This document shows, piece by piece, positions 19,332 to 29,412 of a DNA stretch of 64,000 bases. Origin of the DNA: Alphaproteobacteria bacterium (GTDB lineage: Bacteria > Pseudomonadota > Alphaproteobacteria > MPNO01); NCBI GenBank assembly GCA_965248835.1, contig CBDFLJ010000002.1, positions 1,536,001 to 1,600,000 of the forward strand, in the 5' to 3' direction. The notes beneath the pieces were generated by a model that was not told where the DNA came from, did not search any database, and saw nothing but the letters and a program-made list of their open reading frames with translations. The number at the start of each line of letters is the position of its first letter. The first letter of the stretch is position 1. The position numbers were made by a program, and so were the translations under genes.

Positions 19332-20381
19332 ATGAAACGGCTGTTCGCACTCGGTCTGGCAACGTGCTTTGCGGCCTCCGCCCAGGCGCAGATGCCGACA
19401 CTCACGATGGAATCGGGCTCGGTCGGCGGTGCGACGGACACCTCGGCGAAACATCTCGCCGAAATCGCGGCGCAAAGGAAGATCGCGACCATCCAGGCGC
19501 AGAATGGAAAGGTGCTGGTCAAATCGATCCAGCAGGTAGCAGAGGGCAAAACCGATATCGCCGCAAGCCCGTTCGTCCTGCAGTTCCTGATGGCAAAGGG
19601 GCTCGGTCCCTACGCGGGACTGGGAAGAAAAAGAGGCAAGGAACTTTCGAACAATCTCCGCCTCCTCTATCCCTATCATCTCGCCCACTACTATCTGGTC
19701 GCCTATGAAGGTTCGGGCATCGACAGTTGGGACAAGCTCAAAGGAAAGACCGTCTTCAACGGGCCGCCGCGCGGGGGCGCCCTAACCACGGCACGCGCGA
19801 TCATCCGGCTGGCCGCCGGTCTGAACGAGGGCAAGGGATATATCGGCAAACAGATCGCCTGGGGCCAGGCCGATGCGATCTTCCTCGACGGTGCCGTCCA
19901 GGCCTCGGTCCGGCCCGGCACCAATCCCGCACCCTACATGCCGATCTATATGGCGGCCGGCAGAATCAACCTGGTCTCGATCCCGAAAGCCAAGATGAAA
20001 AGCAAGGCTTTCCAGAAATATATCCGGTCGCCTGGCATTGTAGGCCACGTATTTCCCAAGCGGGACTTGGCTCACTACGGGGACGGCGTCAACGTAATCT
20101 CGGAAGATGACATGTTCCGTTCGGTGTCCAACACTGGCGGCGATGTCGTAAGCCGGCGCATGGACAAGTCCCTTGCCAAGGCACTGACCGCAGCGTTCAT
20201 CGAGACCCTGCCCGATCTGTTCAGAAAGGCGCCGTTCGCCAAAGGTCAGTTGTTCGGCGAGATCGACGACAAGACCATGGGCATGTGCAACGCGGGTGTG
20301 AAATTCCATCCCGGCGCCGTCGAAGCCTGGGAAGAGGCCGGCCGCAAGATTCCGGCGTGCGCCAAGCCCTCCGGTTCCTGA
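19332..20381 (+). CDS. TAXI-family TRAP solute-binding protein
   Basis: Signal peptide; LKGKTVFNGPPRGGA; KFHPGAVEAWEE end; RBS gaggag. Confidence 0.82.
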   Translation: MKRLFALGLATCFAASAQAQMPTLTMESGSVGGATDTSAKHLAEIAAQRKIATIQAQNGKVLVKSIQQVAEGKTDIAASPFVLQFLMAKGLGPYAGLGRKRGKELSNNLRLLYPYHLAHYYLVAYEGSGIDSWDKLKGKTVFNGPPRGGALTTARAIIRLAAGLNEGKGYIGKQIAWGQADAIFLDGAVQASVRPGTNPAPYMPIYMAAGRINLVSIPKAKMKSKAFQKYIRSPGIVGHVFPKRDLAHYGDGVNVISEDDMFRSVSNTGGDVVSRRMDKSLAKALTAAFIETLPDLFRKAPFAKGQLFGEIDDKTMGMCNAGVKFHPGAVEAWEEAGRKIPACAKPSGS

Positions 20382-20412
20382 ACGCCTGGAGCAGGTCGTC
20401 TGATCCACGCTG

Positions 20413-20449
20413 GACGAGGCCGGGCGGGTTTTGCGTCCCGGCCTTCGTC
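20413..20449. terminator. Hairpin between convergent genes
   Basis: gacgaggccggg...cccggccttcgtc. Confidence 0.55.
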
Positions 20450-20493
20450 TTGCCGGATCGGCTCTCCGCGACGCGGCGGGGATAGGGAGAGCT

Positions 20494-22083
20494 TCAGATC
20501 TCCGTCTCGTCCTCGATCCGGCGGCGCAGTTCAGGCTTGGAGATCTTCGCGGCGCCGCCGGTCCGCGGCATGTCGGCAATGATGCGGACCTGTCTCGGCA
20601 CCTTGAAATCCGAAAGCGCGGCTGCGCAGCGCTCCTGAATGGCTGATGTCAACGAAGCGGTCTCGTGCGCGCCGGTCGACACGACGAAGGCCACGGGGAC
20701 TTGACCGCGCATTGGGTCGGCTTTCCCAACCACCGCGACCTCGCGCACGCCGTCGACCTGCAGGATGACCCTCTCGAGCTCGGCCGAACTCACGTTCTCA
20801 CCGCCAACCTTGAGCATGTCCTTGGCGCGATCGGAAAAGCTCAACAAACCGTCCTCGTGCAAGGTCACGAGGTCGCCGGTAATGAAATACCCGTGCTCGT
20901 CGAAGGACTCCGCGGTCGCCTTGGGATCGTCCAGATATTCCTTGAACAGGGACAGACCCGGTGTCCCGCGAATGCGAAGCGCGCCCGTCTCACCCGGTTC
21001 GACCGGACGACCGTCGTCCCGCAGAACCGCCAGACCGTATTCCGGGGCCGGGCGGCCGATGGCGCCGTCGCGCTTGGGTAGACCCGGATCCCCGACGATT
21101 CCGTGGGTGATGATCTCGGTCATCCCCCACCAGCCGAGAAGGGCAACGCCGAAATGCTCTTCCACCGCCGCGTTGAGAACCGCATGCCCCCAGTTGCGGA
21201 ACCAATGCCGCTCGGGCACCGCTTCGCGCATGAGCGCCTTGGTGCAGAACGGCACCAGCGCGGCCCATGTGCAGCGATGCCGTACGGCCGCGGGCCAGAA
21301 TTCTCCGGCCGAAAAACGCGGTTGCAAGACGATCTCGGCACCCGCCCACAGGCTGGCCATCGCTGCGTAGATGCCGGAGATGACATGAAACAGGGGAAGC
21401 GTGACAAGGTGGCGGTCGGTCTCGACCAGACGTTCGTGATTGGCCGAGACCTGCGCGCCCCAAAGCACATTGTCATGGGTCCAGACGACCCCCTTGGGCC
21501 TTGCCGTGCTCCCGGACGTGTAGTGGATCGCGGCCGGACGGGTTCCGTCTCCGATCGGCGCGGGGGCCTTGGACGCATCGGCATAAAGCGCCGCAAACCG
21601 CGTTTCACCGGTCGGCCGGTCGGCATCGAGCGGTTCCGAACCGGCATCGTGGTCGATCACGGCGAGCCATTTGATCCCGGGGCAGGCCGCTTGGACCGGC
21701 GCCGAGAGGTTCGGTTGCGTGATCGCTGCTGTCACGGCGGAGTGCGCCGCGAAATAGGCCAACTCCTCGGCACTTGCGCGCGCATTGGTGGCCACCGCGA
21801 CCGCGCCGGTGCGGGCCAGCGCGTGCCATGCGAGAAGGTATTCCGGCGCGTTCTCCAGATGGATCAACACCCGCTCGCCCGGCTCGATGCCGCGCCGGAT
21901 GAGGCCGCCGGAAATCCGAGCGACCTCCTCGGCGAAGGATGCGTAGGTCCATGACTTTGGCTGCCGACCGAAGGGGGCCCAGGTCAGGAAGGTTCGCTTG
22001 CCGTGCGTCTGCGCCCGGCGCAGCAGCAGGCTTGCCATGTCGAGGCCCGTGTACGGGCTCAGAGTTGCTTTGCCGCCTGCCAC
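20494..22083 (-). CDS. Acyl-CoA synthetase (CaiC-like)
   Basis: YTSGSTARPKG, WGMTE, TGD, DRAKDMLKVGGENVS; GTG start with RBS gggagg. Confidence 0.9.
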   Translation of the reverse strand: MAGGKATLSPYTGLDMASLLLRRAQTHGKRTFLTWAPFGRQPKSWTYASFAEEVARISGGLIRRGIEPGERVLIHLENAPEYLLAWHALARTGAVAVATNARASAEELAYFAAHSAVTAAITQPNLSAPVQAACPGIKWLAVIDHDAGSEPLDADRPTGETRFAALYADASKAPAPIGDGTRPAAIHYTSGSTARPKGVVWTHDNVLWGAQVSANHERLVETDRHLVTLPLFHVISGIYAAMASLWAGAEIVLQPRFSAGEFWPAAVRHRCTWAALVPFCTKALMREAVPERHWFRNWGHAVLNAAVEEHFGVALLGWWGMTEIITHGIVGDPGLPKRDGAIGRPAPEYGLAVLRDDGRPVEPGETGALRIRGTPGLSLFKEYLDDPKATAESFDEHGYFITGDLVTLHEDGLLSFSDRAKDMLKVGGENVSSAELERVILQVDGVREVAVVGKADPMRGQVPVAFVVSTGAHETASLTSAIQERCAAALSDFKVPRQVRIIADMPRTGGAAKISKPELRRRIEDETEI

Positions 22084-22097
22084 CGTATGACCTCCCG

Positions 22098-22577
22098 TCA
22101 GCAAGCCACAGGCGATTGCCGTGTGCGAAAGTAGGACTTGCCGCGTTTTCTCATGACGGTCTCCCCTTTCTGATTCTGGACGCTTGCGAGGACGCGCACC
22201 AGCCCGCGGTCGGGGCGCGAGCGCGAGCGACGGCACTCGATGACCTCGACATGAAGCGAAAGGCGGTCGTTCGGCCGAACGGGACGCAGGAACTCCAACC
22301 CATCGACTCCGGGGGAGGAGATCACGGCGGCGCGTTTGATATAGCATTCGTACTGCATGCGCTGCATGAGGGCGGCCACCTGCCAACCGCTTGCGATCAG
22401 TCCACCGAACTGGCTTTTTGCAGCGGCAACGGGATCGGTGTGAACGGCGACCGGATCGAAGCGTTTGCCGAATTCGATGATGCTCTTCTCGCTGACGCTC
22501 AGGCCTCCCCATTCGAAGACCTTGCCGACCGTGAAGTCTTCGAAATAAAGGGTGTCGGCTTGATCGGGAGAACCCAT
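22098..22577 (-). CDS. MaoC-family dehydratase
   Basis: YFEDF.VG, FDP..VH.D, FGGLIASGW. Confidence 0.9.
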   Translation of the reverse strand: MGSPDQADTLYFEDFTVGKVFEWGGLSVSEKSIIEFGKRFDPVAVHTDPVAAAKSQFGGLIASGWQVAALMQRMQYECYIKRAAVISSPGVDGLEFLRPVRPNDRLSLHVEVIECRRSRSRPDRGLVRVLASVQNQKGETVMRKRGKSYFRTRQSPVAC

Positions 22578-22619
22578 CGATCCGTATTCTTTCGGGCGGA
22601 CCCTGCATCGAAGCCCGGG

Positions 22620-25028
22620 CTAATCACCTCTGGTGCGGTGCGCGGGATCGTCCGGCAAAAAACCGGCTTTGCGGAACAGCCCGAGATGGTGAAACGCGAG
22701 ATACAGCGCCGCGACCGCCAGGGCCGTCACCGCCACCGCGGGACTCTTGAGCAGCACCAAGACCGCCAGAACAAGCCGCAACGACACGGCGAAGCCGGAA
22801 AGGCGTGCCGCATCGTAGCGGCTCAACGCGCTGGCCACCAGATAAAGGGCGACGACCAGCCGAAACAGCAGCCAAGCGAGGCCGGTCAGATCGATCGTGC
22901 CGTCATAGCCCGGCAAATAGGCCCTTTGAGCGCTCACGCCTCCATCCAGCGATTGGGCGATCTGGGCCTGCTCGATCAGCAGCAGTTCGGGATAGAACGC
23001 GAACACGAAAGGAATCATGAACATCACGATCCCGACCCGTACGGCCGCGAACCCGGTCGACAGGGGCTCGGCCTTGGAGATGGTCGAAGCCGCGAACGCG
23101 GCGATCGCAACGGGCGGGGTAATCGCCGATGCGACGGCAAAATAGAAGATGAACATATGCGCGGTGAACAGCGAGGTCCCGAGCGCGACCAGAAGCGGCC
23201 CGATGATCAAGATGACGTTCACATAGGCAGGCAGGGTCGGCATCCCCATTCCGAGGAGGATGGTTGCAAGCATGGCAACAAACAGCGCGAGCATCAGGTA
23301 AACGGAGCCGCCGATTATGATCTCCTGGCCGAACAGGATGATGGTCGATATCGACTTGAGCCAGTTGAGGATGTCGATCGTCATGATGCCGGTAATATTG
23401 GTGAAACTGACACATACATCGATGACCGAGACGGCAACGAGCAGCAGGAACAGTTCGGCGATCACCAGACCCGCCCCGGAAAGAGCCTTGATCACCCTTG
23501 TCGGAGCCCGCCGGATCTCCGGATCGAGGAACAGCAGGACAACCAGTACAGCGACCGCCCAGAAGCCGGCGGAATCCGGATCGCCGGCCGCGTTCCTGAT
23601 GACTTGAAGGAGCCAGGGCAACGGCTCTCCGGACGACGGGTCGTATCCCGAAAGAAATCCCAGCAGTCCCGTGCCGATGGCGTCTTTCTTGCTCAGCAGG
23701 AGACCGAGAATGACCATGATCGGTCCCGCAATCATCAACAGGTTGATCCAGTCCCGCCGGGACAACTTCTGGTCTCGGGAAAGCGCGCCCACAGCCGCCA
23801 TCTTTTTGCGCCGCGCTTCGAAAACGACGGTCAGAAAAAGGCTGAAGAAGTAGGCAAGAGCGGGTAGGAACGCCGCGATGATCACCTGCGAATACGGCAC
23901 CGTCGACAAGGCGGCTAGCACGAATGCCGCAATCCCCATGACCGGGGGCATGATCTGTCCGCCACTCGAGGCGGCAGCCTCGACTCCGCCGGCGAATGTC
24001 GGCGTAAAGCCGGTTCGCATCATCATGGGGATCGTCAGGGTCCCGGTTCCAAGCACGTTCACCACCGGTCCGCCGGAAACCGTGCCGAACGTCGCCGAGC
24101 CGACGATGGCGGCATGGGCGGGACCGCCGCGCAAACCCCGTGTGATCACGATCGCCAGCTTGATCAGGGATCGCCCGCCGGCCGAGGCGCCGAACAAGGC
24201 CCCCAGGACGACATAGGGGAAGACGATGTTCACGGTGACGCTCAGGAACCGCCCAAGGATGCTGTTCGATTCCTGAATGATCGCGTTGCGCGCGGCGATC
24301 ACGCCTGCCGAATAATTCCGTATGCCCTCGAATTCCGTCCCGATCGATGTCGTCAGGTACCGGTTACCGCTCCAATCGAAGTACCAGGCCGCCGATGACA
24401 GCACGGTATAGAGCGCGATGACGAGCGCGACCGCGATAATCGGAAAACCCCAGGCCTTGATGATGTAGATGAAGAAAATCGCCAGCGCGATCAGGAGGAA
24501 CGGCAGGATCCAGTTGGCGAGATTTGTCTGACAATCGGGGAATTCCTCGACCGGGTCGATGCCGAAGATCGCCCTGTACTCGTCCGCGCGCGCCGCCGTC
24601 TCGGCCATCAGCCGGGCCCTTTCACCGTCCAGCGTGTCGATCAGGCAAACCTGCTCGTGCTCGATCAGATAGACGACCGCCATGCTGAGGACCGCGGCGA
24701 GCATCAACACATCCAAGGTGATGCCGAGCCAAAGCCGGATGGGGGACCGGGCGGCCCAATCGCGGCCGAAGGAGGTCACCAGCAGCGCGATCACCATCAT
24801 CAGCACGAACATCAGTGGAAAGAAATATTCCGAACTGTATTTGCTGATGCGCGGAATGCCGCCCAGTCCTGGAACCAATTGAACGAGCTCGAGGAAGCCG
24901 GGGATATTGGGCAGGTTGTTCGCCATGCCGAGCATCACCAGGATGAAGGCAAGCCCCAGCGCGAAGCGGCCCGTCCAATGGTCGCTCGGCTCGACTTGGA
25001 CCTCTGAAATGGAGGCCGCTTCCTGCAT
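22620..25028 (-). CDS. TRAP 4TM/12TM fused permease (TAXI type)
   Basis: GGPA, EAAASSGGQIMPPVMG, LGMGMPT..AY, ITPPVAIAAFAA. Confidence 0.92.
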   Translation of the reverse strand: MQEAASISEVQVEPSDHWTGRFALGLAFILVMLGMANNLPNIPGFLELVQLVPGLGGIPRISKYSSEYFFPLMFVLMMVIALLVTSFGRDWAARSPIRLWLGITLDVLMLAAVLSMAVVYLIEHEQVCLIDTLDGERARLMAETAARADEYRAIFGIDPVEEFPDCQTNLANWILPFLLIALAIFFIYIIKAWGFPIIAVALVIALYTVLSSAAWYFDWSGNRYLTTSIGTEFEGIRNYSAGVIAARNAIIQESNSILGRFLSVTVNIVFPYVVLGALFGASAGGRSLIKLAIVITRGLRGGPAHAAIVGSATFGTVSGGPVVNVLGTGTLTIPMMMRTGFTPTFAGGVEAAASSGGQIMPPVMGIAAFVLAALSTVPYSQVIIAAFLPALAYFFSLFLTVVFEARRKKMAAVGALSRDQKLSRRDWINLLMIAGPIMVILGLLLSKKDAIGTGLLGFLSGYDPSSGEPLPWLLQVIRNAAGDPDSAGFWAVAVLVVLLFLDPEIRRAPTRVIKALSGAGLVIAELFLLLVAVSVIDVCVSFTNITGIMTIDILNWLKSISTIILFGQEIIIGGSVYLMLALFVAMLATILLGMGMPTLPAYVNVILIIGPLLVALGTSLFTAHMFIFYFAVASAITPPVAIAAFAASTISKAEPLSTGFAAVRVGIVMFMIPFVFAFYPELLLIEQAQIAQSLDGGVSAQRAYLPGYDGTIDLTGLAWLLFRLVVALYLVASALSRYDAARLSGFAVSLRLVLAVLVLLKSPAVAVTALAVAALYLAFHHLGLFRKAGFLPDDPAHRTRGD

Positions 25029-25033
25029 TTGTT

Positions 25034-25630
25034 TCAATAATCGCGGACGACGAAACGGATATCCGTCAGGCGCTCGCCGTTGATCGGTACGAGGTCCATC
25101 GGACAAGCAGAGCCGACCGCGATCACATCCATAACGGCCCGCAACACCACCTTGTCGCCCGCCTTGGCCAGCGACGGCTCGCCGTATGCGATGCTTCCGT
25201 CCGGCATGACCGGTGTGTTCTGGAAGAGGTTGATCGGATCGGGCAGGCATTCATAGGGAAGGTTCTTGTCGGCCATGACCTCGGCAAGGTTGGTGCGGCA
25301 GCTACGATGCTCGGCGACGCCGAACCCCCGCAGGTAGCGCATCGGATCGCAGGGCGGAAATATGATGTCGTGTCTGCCGACGCTGTCCTCGAGGATTTCG
25401 AAGATCGGGTTGTAGAGACGCGTCACCAGAACATCGCCGACCTTGAGCGCGACCGAGCGCAGCGCTGCCCGGCAATGTGCCGGCGACAGGTGGTCGCTGA
25501 GGTCTTCGGCGTTGAAGGCGAAGAAGTCGCAGATCTGCTCTCCTTCGACGTTGACGATCTCCAGAATCTGGTCCTTGGCGACCGCGATGCGCCCGCCATG
25601 GCCGCCTTTGATCAGGACTTCATTCGTCAA
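25034..25630 (-). CDS. DUF1989 / urea carboxylase-associated family protein
   Basis: G.QICDF.AFN, GRHDI...PC, HRSC..NL, INLFQN, SACPMD; TTG start with RBS ggagga. Confidence 0.85.
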   Translation of the reverse strand: MTNEVLIKGGHGGRIAVAKDQILEIVNVEGEQICDFFAFNAEDLSDHLSPAHCRAALRSVALKVGDVLVTRLYNPIFEILEDSVGRHDIIFPPCDPMRYLRGFGVAEHRSCRTNLAEVMADKNLPYECLPDPINLFQNTPVMPDGSIAYGEPSLAKAGDKVVLRAVMDVIAVGSACPMDLVPINGERLTDIRFVVRDY

Positions 25631-25676
25631 GGTCTTCCCCTCCTCCGCGCCGCGTTCGACGCCCGTCGGTCGCGCT

Positions 25677-26698
25677 TCAGGGACCGGGCAGGTCGATGTC
25701 GAACAGCCGGGCCGGGTTCTCCGCGAAGATCGCCCGCCGGTCGGCTTCCGACAGCGCCGTGCAATCGTTGACCACCTTGATCGCGCCCTCCATGGCCCGC
25801 CGTCCGAAAAAGGGGTTGTCGGTGCCGAAGCAGACATGGTCGACGCCGGCCCAGCGGGTCGCATCACCGAGGACCTCGGAATCGTAGGTCAGCGTGTCGT
25901 AGTAGAACTTCCTGAAGTGGTCCTTGGCGTCGCCGCCGAAGCGCTTGTCGAGCGCAAGCTCGGTCTCCTCGAGAAAGGACTCGTAGCCCTCGCTCAGCCT
26001 CCGCGGAGGAACGGTACCGTGCCTCCGAAGTGGGAGAGCAGGATCCGCAGGTTCGGGTAGCGCTCCATGTGGCCGCCATAGACGAGCCGGGCCGCGGCCA
26101 GCGTCGTGTCCATTGTGAAACCGACGATCACCTCCAGCCGGTGCCGCTGCATCCGCTCACGGCCGGCGGGTGCGATGGGGTGCATGAAGGCCGGGACGTC
26201 GAGGTCGGTCATCGCCGCGAAGAAGTCCTCGAACTGTTCCGCGTCGAGGTCCTCGAAGCTGATGTTGGTGCCAAGCAGGCATCCCTTCATCCCGAGGTCG
26301 TTCACGGCCGAGCGCAACACATCGACGGCCGAAGGAACGTCCTGGAGCGGCACCGCCGCCAGGGCCTCGAACTTGCCCGGGTAGTCCCGCACCAGCCGGG
26401 CGAGTTCCGCGTTGTAGATCTGGCAGAGCTCGCGGCCGAGCCCCGGGTCGGCCCAGAACACCATCGGTGGGGCAATGGACAGCACCTGCATGTCCACCCC
26501 CGCCTCCTCCATCTCCGCAAGGCGCACCCCGATGTCGTAGAACCGCGGCAGAAAGGTGAAGAAATGCCCCTGCCCGAAACGCAGCACCCGCTGGCCCTTT
26601 TCGTCGCGGACGATGCTGACCGGGTATTTCTCGCCCTGCGCCTCCACCAGATCGAGATAGGGCTCGGGATAGAAATGTGCGTGAGTGTCGATGATCAT
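25677..26698 (-). pseudogene. Amidohydrolase_2 (ACMSD-like decarboxylase/hydratase), frameshifted
   Basis: IDTHAH, FMHP, SHFGG; after a 1-nt deletion near 26002 the other frame continues RLSEGY...FYYDT...CFGTDNPF...NPARLF to TGA at 25677. Confidence 0.85.
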
Positions 26699-26789
26699 CC
26701 GCCGTCCTCTCGCCGCCTCGATTCTTCGGAGGGTGTGCCGGTCGGGCATCCTGCCTCAGCCGACGCGGGATTGCCATCCGCAGGGAGGC

Positions 26790-27668
26790 TCAGGCGGCCG
26801 CCCTTTGGCGGCTCATCGCGGTGTCGCGCACGGTGCTGTAATAGGTGCTCACGAACAGGACCGCCGCGCCGACCCATGTCCAGACGCTGGGCAGTTCGGT
26901 GAAAAAGATGTAGCCCAGAAGAGCGACCACCGGCATACGCAGGTAGAGCGCGGGTGAGACGAGACTCGCCTCGGCGGCGGCGAACGACTTGGTCATGCAG
27001 ATCTGCGCGCCGAACGCCGCCAGCACGAAGGCACCGATCCACGGAAGATCAGCCGGGCCGGGGGTCACCCAGTCCAGCGCGGCCGGCACCACCACGATGG
27101 GAATTTGCAGGATGAAGCTGTAGAAAAGCACCTGGTTGACGCTGCCGGCGCCGGTGAGGAAGCGAGTCATGACGTCGACGCCGGCGAACAGCAGCGCCGC
27201 GGCGAGCGCGATCAGGATGCCGGCATTCACCTCGGCAAAGCCCGGCCGGACGATGATCAGCGCGCCGGCAAAGCCGAACACGATCCCAATCCAGCGGTGG
27301 CGGTGGACCCGCTCCCCGAGCGCCAGCGCGGCGAGGATCGCCGTAAAGATCGGAAGCGTGAATTGGAGCGCCACCGAATCGGCGACGGTGATCAGCCGGA
27401 CCGAATAGTACGAAGCGAAACTCGCCGCGAAGGTGAGGACCGCGCGGCCGGCATAGAACCGGAGATTTTCCGTCCGCATGCCGGCGAGCCCAAAGCGAAA
27501 CAGCCAGGGCAGCATCACCGCCGTGCCAAAGATAAGGCGGAACAGCAGGATCTCGAATGTCGAGAAGGTCGCCGAAAGGTACCGGACCAGCACGATCGAA
27601 ACCGAGAAGCTGATCGCGGCGGCGGTCATCCAAAGGACGCCCACGACCGGGTTGTGGCGTCCTTTCAT
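26790..27668 (-). CDS. DMT/EamA family transporter
   Basis: About 10 TM; LQFTLPIF, LGERV, GALIIVRPG. Confidence 0.9.
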   Translation of the reverse strand: MKGRHNPVVGVLWMTAAAISFSVSIVLVRYLSATFSTFEILLFRLIFGTAVMLPWLFRFGLAGMRTENLRFYAGRAVLTFAASFASYYSVRLITVADSVALQFTLPIFTAILAALALGERVHRHRWIGIVFGFAGALIIVRPGFAEVNAGILIALAAALLFAGVDVMTRFLTGAGSVNQVLFYSFILQIPIVVVPAALDWVTPGPADLPWIGAFVLAAFGAQICMTKSFAAAEASLVSPALYLRMPVVALLGYIFFTELPSVWTWVGAAVLFVSTYYSTVRDTAMSRQRAAA

Positions 27669-27699
27669 GGTTGTGCTCTACCGCTGATTGGAAGATCGG

Positions 27700-28731
27700 C
27701 TAGCAAGAGCGGCCGCTGACCAGATCGGCGCCTTTGGCCAGCGCCCGCAGCTTGCCCGACGCGGCCGCACGGCTGCGCGGGACCAGACCGCAATCGGTGC
27801 AGGCGATGAGGTGGGCGGCATCGACGTGGTTCAGCGCCGCCTCGATCCGTTGGGCGACGACCGCGACGCTTTCAACCGCCTCCGTCCCGACATCGATCAC
27901 ACCCACCATCACGTCCTTGCCCCGCAGGGCCTGGAGCACGGCGAGATCAACGCCCGAGGCAGCGCATTCGACCGAGACCTGATCGACCGAGCTGTCGGCA
28001 AGCAGCGGAAGCGTTCGGTGGTAATGGCTCCAGTCTTCGTTCGCGGTCTTCCAGGCCAGCACGACCGGCGAGCCGTAGCCGTAGCAGATGTGGACCGCGC
28101 GGGTGGCATCGACCCCGTCGAAGGCGCGTTCGAGGGCCTCGATACCCCAATCGAGGACGGCATCGACATAGATGTTGAAGCACGGCTCGTCGATCTGGAT
28201 CACTTCGCAGCCCGCCTCTGCGAGCGCCTGTGCTTCCCGGTTCAAGATGTCCGCATAAGCCATCGCCACTTCGGCATCCGAGCGGCCGCCATATTCGTCG
28301 ATCACACTGTCGGCGAGGGTCATCGGCCCCGGGAGCGTCACTTTGATCGCCCGGTCGGTCCGGGCGCGGGCGAATTCGTAAGCTTCGACCATCACCGGTC
28401 CCGGCCAGGACAGCTCGCTAAGGATACGCGGCGCCCTGGTCTCTTCGACATAGCGCTGGCCGCGGCTCTTGCGGAGGCCGAGAGTCTGAAAGTCCACCTC
28501 GCCCAGCGCCTCCAGGAACCCCCAGATATAGTGGCGACGGCGTTGCTCCCCGTCGGTCACGATGTCGATGCCCGCCGCGCCCTGCTCGAGCAGCCACGAC
28601 GCGACCGCATCGTCCTGCCCCTCCCTGAGGGCCTCGTCTTCGAGGTTCCAGGGCGCGAAGAGCTGCCTGGGGCCGGCAAGCCATGTCGGCTTGGGAAGGC
28701 TGCCGGCAATGGTCGTGCGGATGCGGTCCAA
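27700..28731 (-). CDS. Single-barrel cobalamin-independent methionine synthase-family protein (MesD-like)
   Basis: AGSLPKP.WL, TDGEQ, PGPMT, QIDEP, HICYGYG, SVEC, DCG zinc ligands; TTG start. Confidence 0.8.
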   Translation of the reverse strand: MDRIRTTIAGSLPKPTWLAGPRQLFAPWNLEDEALREGQDDAVASWLLEQGAAGIDIVTDGEQRRRHYIWGFLEALGEVDFQTLGLRKSRGQRYVEETRAPRILSELSWPGPVMVEAYEFARARTDRAIKVTLPGPMTLADSVIDEYGGRSDAEVAMAYADILNREAQALAEAGCEVIQIDEPCFNIYVDAVLDWGIEALERAFDGVDATRAVHICYGYGSPVVLAWKTANEDWSHYHRTLPLLADSSVDQVSVECAASGVDLAVLQALRGKDVMVGVIDVGTEAVESVAVVAQRIEAALNHVDAAHLIACTDCGLVPRSRAAASGKLRALAKGADLVSGRSC

Positions 28732-28867
28732 TGGTGTCTTCCCTATCCGGTTGATGGTCCGCCAGCCCTGCCGCGGCCCGTCCGATCGACCTTGGTCTTC
28801 GACAGTCAAAGCCACAAGGCGGCGGCCACAATGATACCAATAATATCGCTGATGATCTCCGAGGCCA

Positions 28868-29170
28868 TCAGGACGCCCCTCGCCGCTGCGAAAGCCAGGC
28901 AGTCACCTTTCCCTCGACCGGGAAGGCGACACTCACCTCGTCGCTGTTCTCGCCGAGCTGGGTCAGGTAGCGCGGATCGGCCTGGCCCCGGTCGTGGGCG
29001 TTGGTGCACGGCAGGCACACGATCAGGTCGACGCCGTCCCGCTTCATCAGCTTGCGCACTTTCGACCAGCGCCGGGTGCGCTCCCGGAGCGAGAAGACCG
29101 CGTTGCTCCATTCTTGCGACCACTTCTTCGGGTCCGTCTTGACGACGGGCATCAGCTCCAAGGATTTCAT
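28868..29170 (-). pseudogene. Truncated M24 peptidase/creatinase N-terminal fragment
   Basis: FSLRER.RRW..VR.LM.RDGVD, D.RYLTQ; ends after 100 aa with no catalytic domain. Confidence 0.65.
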
Positions 29171-29412
29171 CGCAGACCTCCTGTTCGCCGGGCGGAACGG
29201 ACCATGCCTGCCTCGGCGAACCAGATCTTATCGGTGGCGCCGCGTCTGCGGTATCGGAGTTCGGGCGGCGGCCTCCCGGCCGCGGCCGCAGCGTGCCTTA
29301 GCGTGCCTTGTTCGCCGATCGGGCTCGCCTATACTCGCGCCACGGTGGCCGCGGATGTTCTCGCCGCCGGTGATATGGCTCTCGAGAACTGAAGGGTCAG
29401 GGGAATTCTGCA

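Noticed and set aside
20406-20418. 13-bp match cacgctggacgag shared with 47843-47855
   Set aside because: Too short in GC-rich DNA to support a relationship
20494-22608. 704-aa ORF suggesting a MaoC-ligase fusion
   Set aside because: MaoC is in a different frame with its own stop; the ligase has an RBS and GTG at 22083
28735-29410. Possible SAM or cobalamin riboswitch upstream of the methionine synthase-like gene
   Set aside because: No conserved riboswitch core recognised; the region is explained by gene relics (an Rfam scan would settle it)
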